Assembly: GCA_977017575.1 (NCBI GenBank)
Contig: CDRNVI010000016.1
Location: 124,001 to 188,000, forward strand
DNA length: 64,000 nt
Direction: 5' to 3'
Source: Paramoeba atlantica
Lineage: Eukaryota > Protista > Discosea
Part shown: one piece after another, positions 43,520 to 54,297 of the stretch
Layout: every line of letters begins with the position of its first letter
Numbering within the stretch: position 1 is the first letter of the stretch
Program-made: the position numbers and the translations under genes
Notes under the pieces: model-generated
Seen by the model: only the letters and a program-made list of their open reading frames with translations
Told to the model about the DNA's origin: nothing
The model's database searches: none

Positions 43520-45604
43520 ATGGATCGCACTGTAAGATCACTGCTCGCGTGCAGCCAGAAGCTAAAACAATACTCAATGAACTATTCCAAGTGGAGAGGC
43601 CCTATGCAATTTGAGACGAAGGCGGGAAGGTCCAGTGACATTTCTTCCAGCGTCGTGCCCCCACCAAAGGTAGATAAAAAACTTACTTCCACGAGAGACA
43701 ATCCGGGCATTGGACAAGTGTATGTCGTAGAAAAACAAGGTGCGACCGTTATACTCGGAGATCGGCTTTTTTCAGGACCGAGTGATACAGTGGAGCCGAA
43801 CCCATCCGATGCTCAGAGAATAGCTCCTTCCGATCAATCGTCTCGTTCGTCGACGCGGGTGTTAGACCAAACTCCAATATTTGTGAGAGATGCGAATGGG
43901 CTGCAGATAACAAGTCCTCCTGTGATTGACAGTATCGATTCGGACCTACTTGGACATATTGACACAGACCTCGCGGAGAGAGTGCGAAAATATTTGAGGC
44001 GCCATAAAATTTGGGAACTTTCTCCCGTACAGAAACATGCGCTTCCGGTTTTATTGCATCTACGAGAGGGACTTGTAGTTACTTCACCCACAGCCTCCGG
44101 GAAAACGTTTATGTACTGTCTCGCAGCCGTGGTCTATGTTGGTCAAAGCAGCCGGTTTCAACGCCGCATGAGTGATATGCACAACAAAACAGAAAAGAGT
44201 CAGCGAAAAGTGCCTGAGTGCTCCGACACAACTTGCTCCTACTGCGGTCTTAACATGGCTGTTGTGCGTATATGTCCTGAAAAGGGAGTTATGCACCCGG
44301 AGACGGATGAGGAGGGATTCCGATGTCTGCCCCCTGATGACTACGCACGGACATCTGAACCCCAAGTTATGATCCTCGTCCCCAGTCGGGAACTTGTCAA
44401 GCAGGTACGTGATATACTCGAACCCATGACGCAGGGTCTCATGAAGGTACTCTGGCTTACTGGAAACAGTACGCCGGAAGAGAGAGCGTTGCAGCAAAAA
44501 AGAACAGGTGGCGAGTGCGAGATAGTCGTGGGCACACCCACTCGACTTTATCGCGCATGGAAGAAAAATGACATAAAGCTGAACAGCGTGTCACTCTATT
44601 TGCTTGACGAAGCCGATTTGCTGACGGAAATGACCTACATGGATGCGGTGAGACCATTCTTGAATCGTGCCGAAGCCACCCGAGCTTTGATGGGATTTAT
44701 AACCGCTACGCTACCTAGGCCTTCACATGAGATTATGAAATCCTTTTTTAAGCAAGCGCAATCGCCCCACGTGGAGATATGCTCCGAGGGAATACTTGAG
44801 GGAAGACGTGATTACGCAAATCCGACGGCAGCAAATGCGGAGTTTCACGTCTATCTGATGAGTGAGACAGAAAAGACAAACTATGTTTTACACGTGTTAC
44901 AGCTCGCTACAGTAACCAGTCAATCACGCGTGATCATATTTTGTAATACGGCACGCACTTCTGCTTTTCTAACCGCTGAACTGTTCTCTATGTTGCAAAA
45001 CAAAAATATTCGACTTTACGGCACACATGGCAGAAAATCGAACGAAATGCGAGACCGTGCGCTGCATCAATTTCAAGGCGCTCAAGGGTCGAGCATATTG
45101 GTCACGACAAACCTATCGAGTAGAGGCATTGACTTTTTAAACGTAGATCACGTGATATTGTTTGACCTTCCTGCATCGATCCACGAGTTTATCCATCGCT
45201 CCGGAAGAGCGGGCCGTGGTATGATAAGGGGTCACGTTCACTGCTTTTTCGTCCCGGAGGATAGACAGCTGGCTCGTCCATTGGTTCATTACCTAAAACA
45301 GTACTCTAGTAGTTCCACGATACCCTTGCGTCTGCAGGAATATGCCAATGAAACAGATGAAGAAATGTGGAAGAGAATGTTTACTACCAAAGCTCCAGGT
45401 GGACGCGCACTAAAAGACCGAAAGAGGTTTGAAACCTTTCGCAAACCGGAATATCGAAAGAATTCTAGTAAGTATCCGAGCCCCAAGCCACATGGGTTGA
45501 AAAATCAACCCAACCCACGGCTATTTGATTTAGAGCACGGAGGAAGAGATCTTTCACGTACTCACCCGCTGCGATTGCGGAAGACGCGTTTTCCAAGACT
45601 TTGA
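43520..45604 (+). CDS. DEAD-box RNA helicase, probably mitochondrial
   Basis: Q motif, SPTASGKT, PSREL, GTPTR, LDEAD, TAT, SRGIDF and HRSGRAGR. Confidence 0.95.
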   Translation: MDRTVRSLLACSQKLKQYSMNYSKWRGPMQFETKAGRSSDISSSVVPPPKVDKKLTSTRDNPGIGQVYVVEKQGATVILGDRLFSGPSDTVEPNPSDAQRIAPSDQSSRSSTRVLDQTPIFVRDANGLQITSPPVIDSIDSDLLGHIDTDLAERVRKYLRRHKIWELSPVQKHALPVLLHLREGLVVTSPTASGKTFMYCLAAVVYVGQSSRFQRRMSDMHNKTEKSQRKVPECSDTTCSYCGLNMAVVRICPEKGVMHPETDEEGFRCLPPDDYARTSEPQVMILVPSRELVKQVRDILEPMTQGLMKVLWLTGNSTPEERALQQKRTGGECEIVVGTPTRLYRAWKKNDIKLNSVSLYLLDEADLLTEMTYMDAVRPFLNRAEATRALMGFITATLPRPSHEIMKSFFKQAQSPHVEICSEGILEGRRDYANPTAANAEFHVYLMSETEKTNYVLHVLQLATVTSQSRVIIFCNTARTSAFLTAELFSMLQNKNIRLYGTHGRKSNEMRDRALHQFQGAQGSSILVTTNLSSRGIDFLNVDHVILFDLPASIHEFIHRSGRAGRGMIRGHVHCFFVPEDRQLARPLVHYLKQYSSSSTIPLRLQEYANETDEEMWKRMFTTKAPGGRALKDRKRFETFRKPEYRKNSSKYPSPKPHGLKNQPNPRLFDLEHGGRDLSRTHPLRLRKTRFPRL

Positions 45605-45966
45605 TACCATCACGATTGTTCAGCATTGGAGATTAAAGTACCCCGCAATTTAGTGAGAGTTGTCATTGCATATCTTCTCATCATAGACAACATTAGAGAG
45701 GACAAAAAACAACCTTTCGAAATGTTTATCTTTGCATCAGCAAATAGTCCAACGACACAGCGGAATCTTCCACTTACCTCACGACTTTCCACTTATCAAA
45801 AATATCTTTATCCTGGCGGATAAGTACGTAGATACCCTTATCAAAGAGCGACGTCTTGTAATTCTTCTTTAACTTTAACTTTATCTTCACATACATGCAG
45901 TATTGCATGTATTTTTACCATTGTTTACCACGTTTTTAGTTCTTTCCTGGCTTCATTACACACACT

Positions 45967-48900
45967 ATGAATGCTCTTCTGCAAGACATCGAATGTTTCG
46001 TCACTGCTAATACAGGGGAAGGTGCAACTTGTTCTCTTCACGACGTTCGCCTCAGCTTTACAAACGCTTCTAGACGAAGCATAGGAAAAACAAGAATTCC
46101 TTACAGGAGTGAACCGGATTTTCAAGTTCTTATTGCTGGATCCCTTATTGTGGACGAATACACCTGGCCTTGGGTGCGCAAAGAAATTTTGAACAATCCA
46201 AACCTAGTGGTTGCTATAAAACGCCCACAGGAGACATTGCCATACGTCGTAAATGGTCGCTCCGCATCAAGTTCTACAGAATCGATAAGCGCATTCGACG
46301 ACGAGGTAATCGACTTATTTCCCGGAGAGCACTTGCTCTCCAAATTGCTTCTGTACTGGACAGCTGAGGAAGCAAAGTACGATGAGATAATGAAGGTTGC
46401 GCATCACATTTATGTATCAGGAAGGGTAGGGATTAGTTCGCACGATCTTGGGACGAACTTAAATATCTCAATAGTTAGTGTCATTAGCATAATCTCACGC
46501 GGTCTTGAGCCATTTGGGCTTGTTTCGGCTTATAGTCTTCGAGGCAATAAAATATGGGTTCATGTAAGGTGGATCTATCCGGAGGGAAAGATGACGATTT
46601 TTGTTGCATCGCCTGAAAACTGGATTTCTCCTTCCGCATCACAGCCGAAAAAACAGAAGCGTGTCAAAATGAAATCCACTACAACAGATACATCGGTCTT
46701 ACACCAGAATACTCCCAACGATTTGTCTACCTCTATGTTCATTCAAATTTTCAGAAATGCATACGTTCCGATACAATATTTCTCCTTGACGCACTGTATC
46801 AAGCCGGCGATACTCCAGACCTTAAATATTCATATGTGGAACTCAGAACTTAATGTGTCTGAAACCGCATTACGTTTTCGATTTTTAGTAGAAAAGCACA
46901 GGCTTCGTCGCATAAAGGACGTCGAAGACTTATTCCAAAGCGAATCAACGAAGTTTGTGTACTGCAAGAGACCTGCAACAGGTTACAAGTTAGTGATCTC
47001 TACAAGATCAACGACTGACCGAAGTGCTCAAATAGGAGGTGTGATGCGCAACGTATGGGAAGTCGAACTGTACCCCTTACTCGTGACGCTTCGCTTGGTA
47101 GGAAAGGTGGTGGAAAGTGACGAAAGTTTGCAGATCATGCGAGGTAGGACGAAATCTTTGGTATTGGAGGGTGTTACAAGCGCGGAAATGCATACCTCTA
47201 TGGATGATTCAACATCCACCAGAAAGTTGCGACGCTACTTCCTGCTTGAAATTTTGGCCCGAGCGCCCCACGGTGCGCTAGAAAGATACTCTCTGTATCA
47301 GTCAGTAAAGAAAAATTGTGGAAATTTGGACAAGAAAACGTATAATAGAATGCTACAAACACTATTGCGTGAGAAAGTTTTAAAATCCACGACAGTTACC
47401 ATACGAGGGGGTCCTATGCACTTAATATGCTATCCCGATCATGACGACAACGATATTATAGACGACCGCGCCGCATACAATAAAATACTTCATCTTAACC
47501 TTGAAAACACACACAAGAGTCTGACAGTAAGCTTTGCGGGACAACCACCAATGAAAGAAAAAGGCCTGCAGTCATGGAGACCACCTGACGAAAGACAAAA
47601 GCATAATGAAAAGTTACGAAAAGAGCGACAAAAAATTAAGTTACGAAAAGAGGCAGCGTCATTGTTTCTCTCATCGGAGAAGATAGCGGAAACATACTAT
47701 GTTGTCAATGTCAATGGTTTCATAAATTCGAGTTACGGAAGAGCACGAGTACTACACTATTTTTTGGTTGATTTAATTCTAAGAAAGATGCGCTTGCAAT
47801 CGCTTGAGTACAACGGGCTACAAAATGTGCCGTCAATTGATACGGATAATTTATTAGAATTCTGTGGTACATTCGAGCTTTATCCAAGCGATATAGTAAA
47901 GGTCATGAGTATGGAAATTGTTTGTGCCATTTTTCGATTCCCGATAGATTTCAGTCTGTTTTTTCCGATCGAAGCTGAGACGCATTCTTCATGTCAAAGG
48001 TTCTTGCAAAGGTTTATTCTTCCTAAGGAGTGCAGACAGATCTCTGTAGGAAATTTAAGGCGTGCGTCCGGAAAACGAGAAATACTACAAAAGGAAATCT
48101 TGAGACGACTCCCGACACTCTTTAATCGCCTTCAAAATCTTTGTCTTATAAATATCCACTCCTTTCGCCCGCAGAGCGGAGCTTTTTTAGGCCATAACTC
48201 GTCTATAGGAAAAATTGGTGTTCTTTTTGAGGGATCCCTCTTAGGACAATTCCCGTTTGCAATTCCGCTACCTTTCGGACCTGAAGGTGAAATTGAAAGA
48301 TCACGACGAATTGAGGACGCGTTACGAGATATTTGGTATAAATGCTGCGATCATGTCGTCAGGAATTCACCTTCCATTGCTCGTCGACTGTTAGTTGACC
48401 ATACGCAATTCATTACTTCATCTGAAAAGCAATATTTAGATGAACTTCCACTTGAACCGTACTATTTACCATGTTTTGATAATCTTTCTGTTCTCGAAGA
48501 CAAATTTCAAGCCTACAGAAATTCCTTTACAAGATATTTCTTGCGACGCCGTGAGGAACACACACTCCGTGTATGTAAAGAAGGCAAGTTCACTAATTCC
48601 ATAGCCCTCGATGAAGGATTCCCTCTCGAGAAAGAAGTTGTTCTCACTCCTTGGGATGAGAGCATCAATAGTAATAAATTGTGTTTTCAAGCTGCGCAAA
48701 ACGGAATCATTGCCTGGTGGAGAATTCGAAAAATGGAGAACATAGAGGGAACACAAGTGACAAAATCAATAAGTGTGAACAACCAAAATATTTCCCAGTT
48801 GGAAAGAGAATCCGACATTTCTGAGCGTAGAGGTACAGAAAAAGATCAATATGATCCATCCTATATGCCGGGACATGGAGAGAAATGTCAAACTTTACGA

Positions 48901-50988
48901 CGGCAGGCAAGAATTATAGAGATCGCTTCGAGACACTTGTCATTGGGTGGCCATTTGTATAAAAAATCTCTGATATCCGCTCTCCATGAAGATCATAGAA
49001 TACACTTGCCAAAGATTGCTTCCCGCCAAGACATACGATATCCTATCTCTGATAAAATAGATCTTCGGATAGAAGAGATTCTTACCTTTTTGCTAGGAAT
49101 ACGTCGTTGGATGACCTGTTTCATGAAAACGTTTTGCGTGACTTGCTCCGAACGAATCGTTTCTCGACTAATCGATCGAGTCTTACGGCCTGTTTTGAGT
49201 AGCCGAACAACGGAAATTGAGCATCGATGCTCGGCACAGATACTAGAAGGAGATTACTTGTGCCCTGGTCATCATGGTTGCGAAACGACTGTTAAAGTTT
49301 TATCACTTTTCATGGAAGGAAATGACTGGTTGCTCGATTTCTACACAGAACGAGAGAAGGAATACAGGCTCATCCATTGGTGCCTTAAAAACCGCGGCCT
49401 AGCGACACCCATCCGAGTTTGTCACATGACCAGAAATGCACCTTACGGAGGACTCGTCTCTTGTCTCCCTACTGCGTACGACGCACAATATGATGTTACC
49501 GACCAGGGCGCTCGTTCGAATAGTTTAGTAACATTCCCGAGTGGTGGCGAAGAAAACAGATTGGGGTCGATGCCTCAGCGCTGGTGGCAAGTTACCAGAA
49601 ATGTCACTAGTACTTTGTTTCGGATAGCGATTCATACACCAGAGAGCGATCGCACGAAATCTGTCCTCAATGAAGCTCTTTTGACTCAATCTAGTGAGCA
49701 GCTCACCCGCGCACGTGATCTGATCGTGCAGTGCTCATTCGGAGTAGCTGGCCATACAGTAACACAGGTCGAGGACTTATCTTGTTACGAAATTTTGTCC
49801 TTAACGCCTGAGAATTCAAAGCTGTTTGGTCCTATGGCCCTTTTGCACTTCAAAAATGGCCTGCGTTACGGGTCCGCGGTAGTAAAATCTGTTTCAGATC
49901 AAAGGAGCAACCCTTCGCACTATGACACACGCAAAATCATGACGTCAAACATTGAGTCTAGTAACGTAGAGAATGGAAGGGAGACAAGTTTGGTAGACGA
50001 ATGTGCAGTCAAACACGACCTTCCTTGCGTTACCCTTTTAATAGGGAACGCAAGTAGCGTTGACGTGAGCCTTGCTGTCGAAAGCGAAGCGTCATGCTCC
50101 ACACAGACCACGGACTCCAACATGGATGATACAAACTGCGCCATGCCTCTGCAAGGTACAATTTTTATCGCACGTGACACAATTCTTAGAAAATCCACAG
50201 AAACAGAAGCCAATGTGATACTTCCTTGGGAAGATGCAGTACTTGACGAACTAAAATCCAGTTCTGATAAGCAGAGCGAAGACTCATTGACGATTTTAAT
50301 GGACAGCAGATCGAACCACTGGATACTTCATCTGGCGGAATGTACAGTTGGTATTACGTGGCATGAAATTGTAATGCGTTGGAATATGGAAAATGACATC
50401 ACGACTCTGTGGGACAGGATAAGGAATGTAAATAGCACATGGTACAATAGTCTTTCAGAAAGTAAATGTGTCGAGCATAATCGAGCTCTTCGTGATTTTC
50501 AAACGAGTGTCACAGGATCTGCTGCCGTTTCACAACTTTTAAGGGATCCACGATTTCGAATTGATTGGCCCAGTAATGCGTTAGTGTTAGCACCAGAAAA
50601 TACGACACCAATGTGTTCACTGCCCAGTAATCTGTCCATCTTTCATTCCTTGAAAACAGGATTTCCGACCAATTCTGTTTTTCAGGAGAAAATGAGACGT
50701 GAAATAATTGACCATTTACTGTTTTATCCTTGTGCCGAGGAAGCGGAAATCTGGAAAGCAACATTATTAGACAAGATATTAACCCCATCAGAATTTAGCT
50801 TCGTGTTAGACACAATGGTAGATGAAGAAATAGTGATTCCACAGTATGCTCGAACACGTAAAGCAGTGTATGACCAGCGTTTTATCTCAAACAATGACAG
50901 TACGCGACATCACGATGAAAGAACTACATGGATTCGGGGTTTTATGATAAAAACTTCGATGAGTCAAGCACCGGACTTGACCTATTGA
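45967..50988 (+). CDS. large winged-helix protein, probable TFIIIC B-block-binding subunit (Tau138/GTF3C1-like)
   Basis: 1673-aa ORF. YDEIMKVAHHIYVSGRVGISSHDLG...LEPFGLV fits a B-block wHTH; further wHTH-like segments, GFIN...RARVLHYFL, and a C-terminal wHTH. Confidence 0.6.
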   Translation: MNALLQDIECFVTANTGEGATCSLHDVRLSFTNASRRSIGKTRIPYRSEPDFQVLIAGSLIVDEYTWPWVRKEILNNPNLVVAIKRPQETLPYVVNGRSASSSTESISAFDDEVIDLFPGEHLLSKLLLYWTAEEAKYDEIMKVAHHIYVSGRVGISSHDLGTNLNISIVSVISIISRGLEPFGLVSAYSLRGNKIWVHVRWIYPEGKMTIFVASPENWISPSASQPKKQKRVKMKSTTTDTSVLHQNTPNDLSTSMFIQIFRNAYVPIQYFSLTHCIKPAILQTLNIHMWNSELNVSETALRFRFLVEKHRLRRIKDVEDLFQSESTKFVYCKRPATGYKLVISTRSTTDRSAQIGGVMRNVWEVELYPLLVTLRLVGKVVESDESLQIMRGRTKSLVLEGVTSAEMHTSMDDSTSTRKLRRYFLLEILARAPHGALERYSLYQSVKKNCGNLDKKTYNRMLQTLLREKVLKSTTVTIRGGPMHLICYPDHDDNDIIDDRAAYNKILHLNLENTHKSLTVSFAGQPPMKEKGLQSWRPPDERQKHNEKLRKERQKIKLRKEAASLFLSSEKIAETYYVVNVNGFINSSYGRARVLHYFLVDLILRKMRLQSLEYNGLQNVPSIDTDNLLEFCGTFELYPSDIVKVMSMEIVCAIFRFPIDFSLFFPIEAETHSSCQRFLQRFILPKECRQISVGNLRRASGKREILQKEILRRLPTLFNRLQNLCLINIHSFRPQSGAFLGHNSSIGKIGVLFEGSLLGQFPFAIPLPFGPEGEIERSRRIEDALRDIWYKCCDHVVRNSPSIARRLLVDHTQFITSSEKQYLDELPLEPYYLPCFDNLSVLEDKFQAYRNSFTRYFLRRREEHTLRVCKEGKFTNSIALDEGFPLEKEVVLTPWDESINSNKLCFQAAQNGIIAWWRIRKMENIEGTQVTKSISVNNQNISQLERESDISERRGTEKDQYDPSYMPGHGEKCQTLRRQARIIEIASRHLSLGGHLYKKSLISALHEDHRIHLPKIASRQDIRYPISDKIDLRIEEILTFLLGIRRWMTCFMKTFCVTCSERIVSRLIDRVLRPVLSSRTTEIEHRCSAQILEGDYLCPGHHGCETTVKVLSLFMEGNDWLLDFYTEREKEYRLIHWCLKNRGLATPIRVCHMTRNAPYGGLVSCLPTAYDAQYDVTDQGARSNSLVTFPSGGEENRLGSMPQRWWQVTRNVTSTLFRIAIHTPESDRTKSVLNEALLTQSSEQLTRARDLIVQCSFGVAGHTVTQVEDLSCYEILSLTPENSKLFGPMALLHFKNGLRYGSAVVKSVSDQRSNPSHYDTRKIMTSNIESSNVENGRETSLVDECAVKHDLPCVTLLIGNASSVDVSLAVESEASCSTQTTDSNMDDTNCAMPLQGTIFIARDTILRKSTETEANVILPWEDAVLDELKSSSDKQSEDSLTILMDSRSNHWILHLAECTVGITWHEIVMRWNMENDITTLWDRIRNVNSTWYNSLSESKCVEHNRALRDFQTSVTGSAAVSQLLRDPRFRIDWPSNALVLAPENTTPMCSLPSNLSIFHSLKTGFPTNSVFQEKMRREIIDHLLFYPCAEEAEIWKATLLDKILTPSEFSFVLDTMVDEEIVIPQYARTRKAVYDQRFISNNDSTRHHDERTTWIRGFMIKTSMSQAPDLTY

Positions 50989-51555
50989 ACGTTGTAATTG
51001 ATGCGAAAGTTAAAGTCGTATAAAATTTTTGTACATTATTCTGTGTTCGGAATCTGTGCATAACTGGTCTCGTGTAAGCGTTTCTTTTTTTGGTCAGATT
51101 GAACGTATAATATGGGAGTATACAAGAAAATCATATAGAAGTGCACATTTTTTTTGAGCATGAAAAGTTTGCAGCTAGTTTTGAAAAAAAAACGCCAAGT
51201 AGAAATCGCCATTGGTTTCAATGAGATTGGGTCGGTTCGCCTCGGTTCGCTTCGTTTCGTCCAGGTGACGTATTTTTAAGTTTCACCCCTCTTAACCTCA
51301 CTTAACCTCACTAAACGGAAGACGTGAGACAGTTCATTTCAAGACACCCACAACAAAACCCACCATCAAATGATTGACCATGATTTCACCCGTACCTGAG
51401 AACGTAAAAAGGACAAAGATACTAGCAAAGATTCTAAACTAAACCCTGTTCCGGGTTATTGTGCCCCCCCTGCACAATAACTGTCTCTAGGCACAATAAC
51501 TGGCTCTAGGCACAATAACTAAATATTGGAAAACCAAAAAAAGGGTAAAAAAATT

Positions 51556-53372
51556 CAGGGTTCGCAGAAACTATAAAACTATCAATATAGTACTATTGGA
51601 AAGTCGCCGTTCTCAAATCCCCTTTTTACGGCGGACTTCCTAGGAACCATTCCTTTCGAGCACAAAGGTGAGGACATGCAGGGCAAAGCCAAAAACGCCC
51701 TCCAAGGACTCACTCAGGGTACGCCGGCCAAGGAGCTGAGACGCAGCTTCTGTGAGGCCGCCATCCAGAAGGCCCCCTCGGCCACGCATTTGGTCTGTAT
51801 GAGACAGATTCAAAATATCCACTCTACCAAATGGATGAATGCGTGGCCGAACAGGCCGGAATACTACATGCGGGACCCCGAGTGGGAAACAACGGCCCGC
51901 CTTCGGTACTTGGTCTCCCCGGCCTCCGAACCTGAACTACAGTGCGTGTGCGGCGCCACCCTCAGGAACGAGGATTTTTGCGTCCACGCGCTGGACTGCA
52001 AGAAGGTCAGGGGCAAGACCCAAGCCTCCCGACATAAATTAGTTAAGGAAACCTTCCGAAACCTCCTAATCAACTATGGTTTCTCCCCAGACCTGTGCGA
52101 ACCCAGGTTCGACAACGGTCGAGGCCCTGACATATGCTTCCAACTTGGCCGGAAGCTCGCCCTTGTGGACGTCACCGTGGTCAACCCACTGGCCCCATCC
52201 CTCTTATACACTGAGGATGGCGGAAGGCAACAAGCGCCGCGCCCATGACGAGATGGCGGCCGCCAGAGGGATGGATTTTTTCCCCCTGGCCTTCACCACC
52301 TATGGGGTGCCTGGCCCAGAGTCCCTCAATTTTCTCAATAGGGTGGCCAGAGCACACACGTCCGACAGGGCCGGATGTCTCTCTCACCTTCTGATGGCTA
52401 TGGGAGTAGCCATCCAGAAGGGCAATGCCCAGATAGTGCAAGCGGCGGTACAGGATTGGTACCGTCGCGGGGTGCGCTAACTGGGGTAGGAGCGGGGGGT
52501 GAAAATATAAATATAAATTCACTTATCATTTTATTTATGTACTATATAGTTACTATAAACTTTTTTCGAAAACTATAAAAAACTATATTTTTTTGTTTCA
52601 CATTTTAAGCACTCCGAAGCTCACCAACACGCCATAAATACACGGCGAATTCATTTGTGTACGATTTTTCTTATTTTAAAACCCGAAAATTGATGCCCGA
52701 AATTAAAGTTACGAGGGGTAGTTTCTGCAAAGATTATTTTAGTGAACTGCTGCACACGGAGGGAAGTAAACAAGCGGTTGAATGTAACTTGTGTCAGGAG
52801 GGGACGTACCCCAGTCCCATCGCGTGGCCTTGACAGATTGCCTTGTGCGAATCTTGCGTCCCGAACATCTTCTAACCGCATCGCTGTCGCCGCGCGTTGG
52901 CTGGAGCCACCGACGTTATGTCTTGGGACTGAATAACTGCTGCTCACAATTCTATGAGTTTGAATAAATACAATCATATGAGTCTGAATAAATTACGCGG
53001 TGTGTTGTCGAGTGGAGAGTTTGTACTTCCTATCGTCACTCCTTTCGCATGCGTTTCATTGCTATTTCCGAGGAGATGACACACTAGTTGATTCACTCCA
53101 GAATTTCTTGTCATATCATACGTATGTAAGCGTGTAAGAACGCATGTAGAGGCGTGTGTATGTCCTTCACAAGCGGAGAGGACTCAAAAAATATCACTAA
53201 TAAAGTGAAAAAAACTTTATAGTTTTCTTATAGTTTTATAGTAAAATATAGTAAATATAGTACTACATAGTACTATATAGTAACTATATTACTATTAACT
53301 ATAGTACTATATAGTAACTATATTCAATGAAAAAAACTATATTTTACTATATTATAGTTTCTGCGAACCCTG
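51556..53372. mobile_element. non-autonomous hAT-like element
   Basis: TIR CAGGGTTCGCAGAAACTATA at both ends, flanked by AAAAAAATT on both sides. The TIR is homologous to the hAT left end at 14200; ACTATA subterminal repeats. Confidence 0.8.
51597..52538 (+). mobile_element. 5'-truncated CRE-type retrotransposon of a second family (CRE3), RLE domain only
   Basis: CVCG...HALDC knuckle, SRH, GPDI, LVDVTVVNP; frameshift between ORFs 51676-52248 and 52076-52480. Candidate 7-bp TSD GTACTAT at 51590-51596 and 52539-52545. Confidence 0.82.
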
Positions 53373-53785
53373 AAAAAAATTTTGGCGCCGCTTCGCGGCG
53401 CCTTTTTTATGTACAAACACGTTCATGTGCAGAATAAGTTCTATTTAAGGGATGCGTTGTGGAAAAAACTAAGTTATTTTCGAGAAAATGGGAATAAAAA
53501 ACAAACAAAAGATTACGGCACCGACTGGCAGCGCCATATTTGGGGGGGGGACAATAATAGTGGTTGTTTCCACTTATTGTGCCCCCCCTGCACAATAAGT
53601 AGCTCTAGGCACAATAACCCGGAACAGGGTTTATATCTTTTACAAGCAACAGAAACAAAAAATAATAATAAAAAAGATTGTTTCTATTTTTTTTGAAAAA
53701 GTGTGCAAAATTTGTTCAATTCCACCCTTTTTTCGAAGCCGTACCTCAGCGGGACGTCCTCAAAAAGTAAGGGGACCTTACCGTA

Positions 53786-53876
53786 CAGGGGTGGGCACGA
53801 AAATGTGCCGATCAAAATTTGTAAAACTTGGCCAATTTTGGAAAATAATAGCGCGTTAGAGAGCTCTCGCAGAGTT
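53786..53876 (+). mobile_element. orphan Tc1/mariner TIR fragment
   Basis: TA|CAGGGGTGGGCACGAAAATG, then CAATTTTGGAAAATAATAGCGCGTTAGAGAGCTCTCGCAGAGTT, which is shared with the TIR of 18011-19026. Confidence 0.6.
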
Positions 53877-54297
53877 ACGGGTCACCCAACTGCTCGTTTA
53901 AAACATTTTTCTTTTGTCAAAAGATACACGTTTTGGAAAATTAAAATTCTACAGTTAAGCCACTTTTTATTCTTTCTGCCCTTACTTTTGTTGTATGGCC
54001 CAGAGATTTTCAAACAACCGAAAGGTACAGAAACGTTCAAGGGGATGCTGCAGCCCTCGACAAATAAAAGCATCCCACAGGATTGTCTTAGTAAAAAAAT
54101 ATAAGGAAGCTGGTTCTTTTGAAATTGAACTTCAATTATTGAAGCACACAGAAACGCTAAATGTTCTAAAAATCGATAAAAATTACATTATGCACTCAGA
54201 GATTGAATTATCGAAAGGAGAACGACATCTAGCAATTAGTTCTTTTGGCATAAAAAATATAATATATTTCCAGAGCCCTGATAAATACGTTATTTTC

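Larger units (their letters stand above)
51442..53631. mobile_element. non-autonomous TIR element with TA target duplication (Tc1/mariner/pogo-type MITE), outer shell of a nest
   Basis: AACCCTGTTCCGGGTTATTGTGCC at the left end and its reverse complement at the right end; TA flanks; repeated GCACAATAA motifs. Confidence 0.8.

Noticed and set aside
45626-45823. 65-aa plus-strand ORF between the helicase and TFIIIC-like genes
   Set aside because: Non-ATG start, short, no recognisable motif; likely UTR.
53995-54297. N-terminal 101 codons of the 664-aa transporter ORF
   Set aside because: AT-rich, no transporter features; an AG at 54272-54273 precedes a better ATG at 54298.
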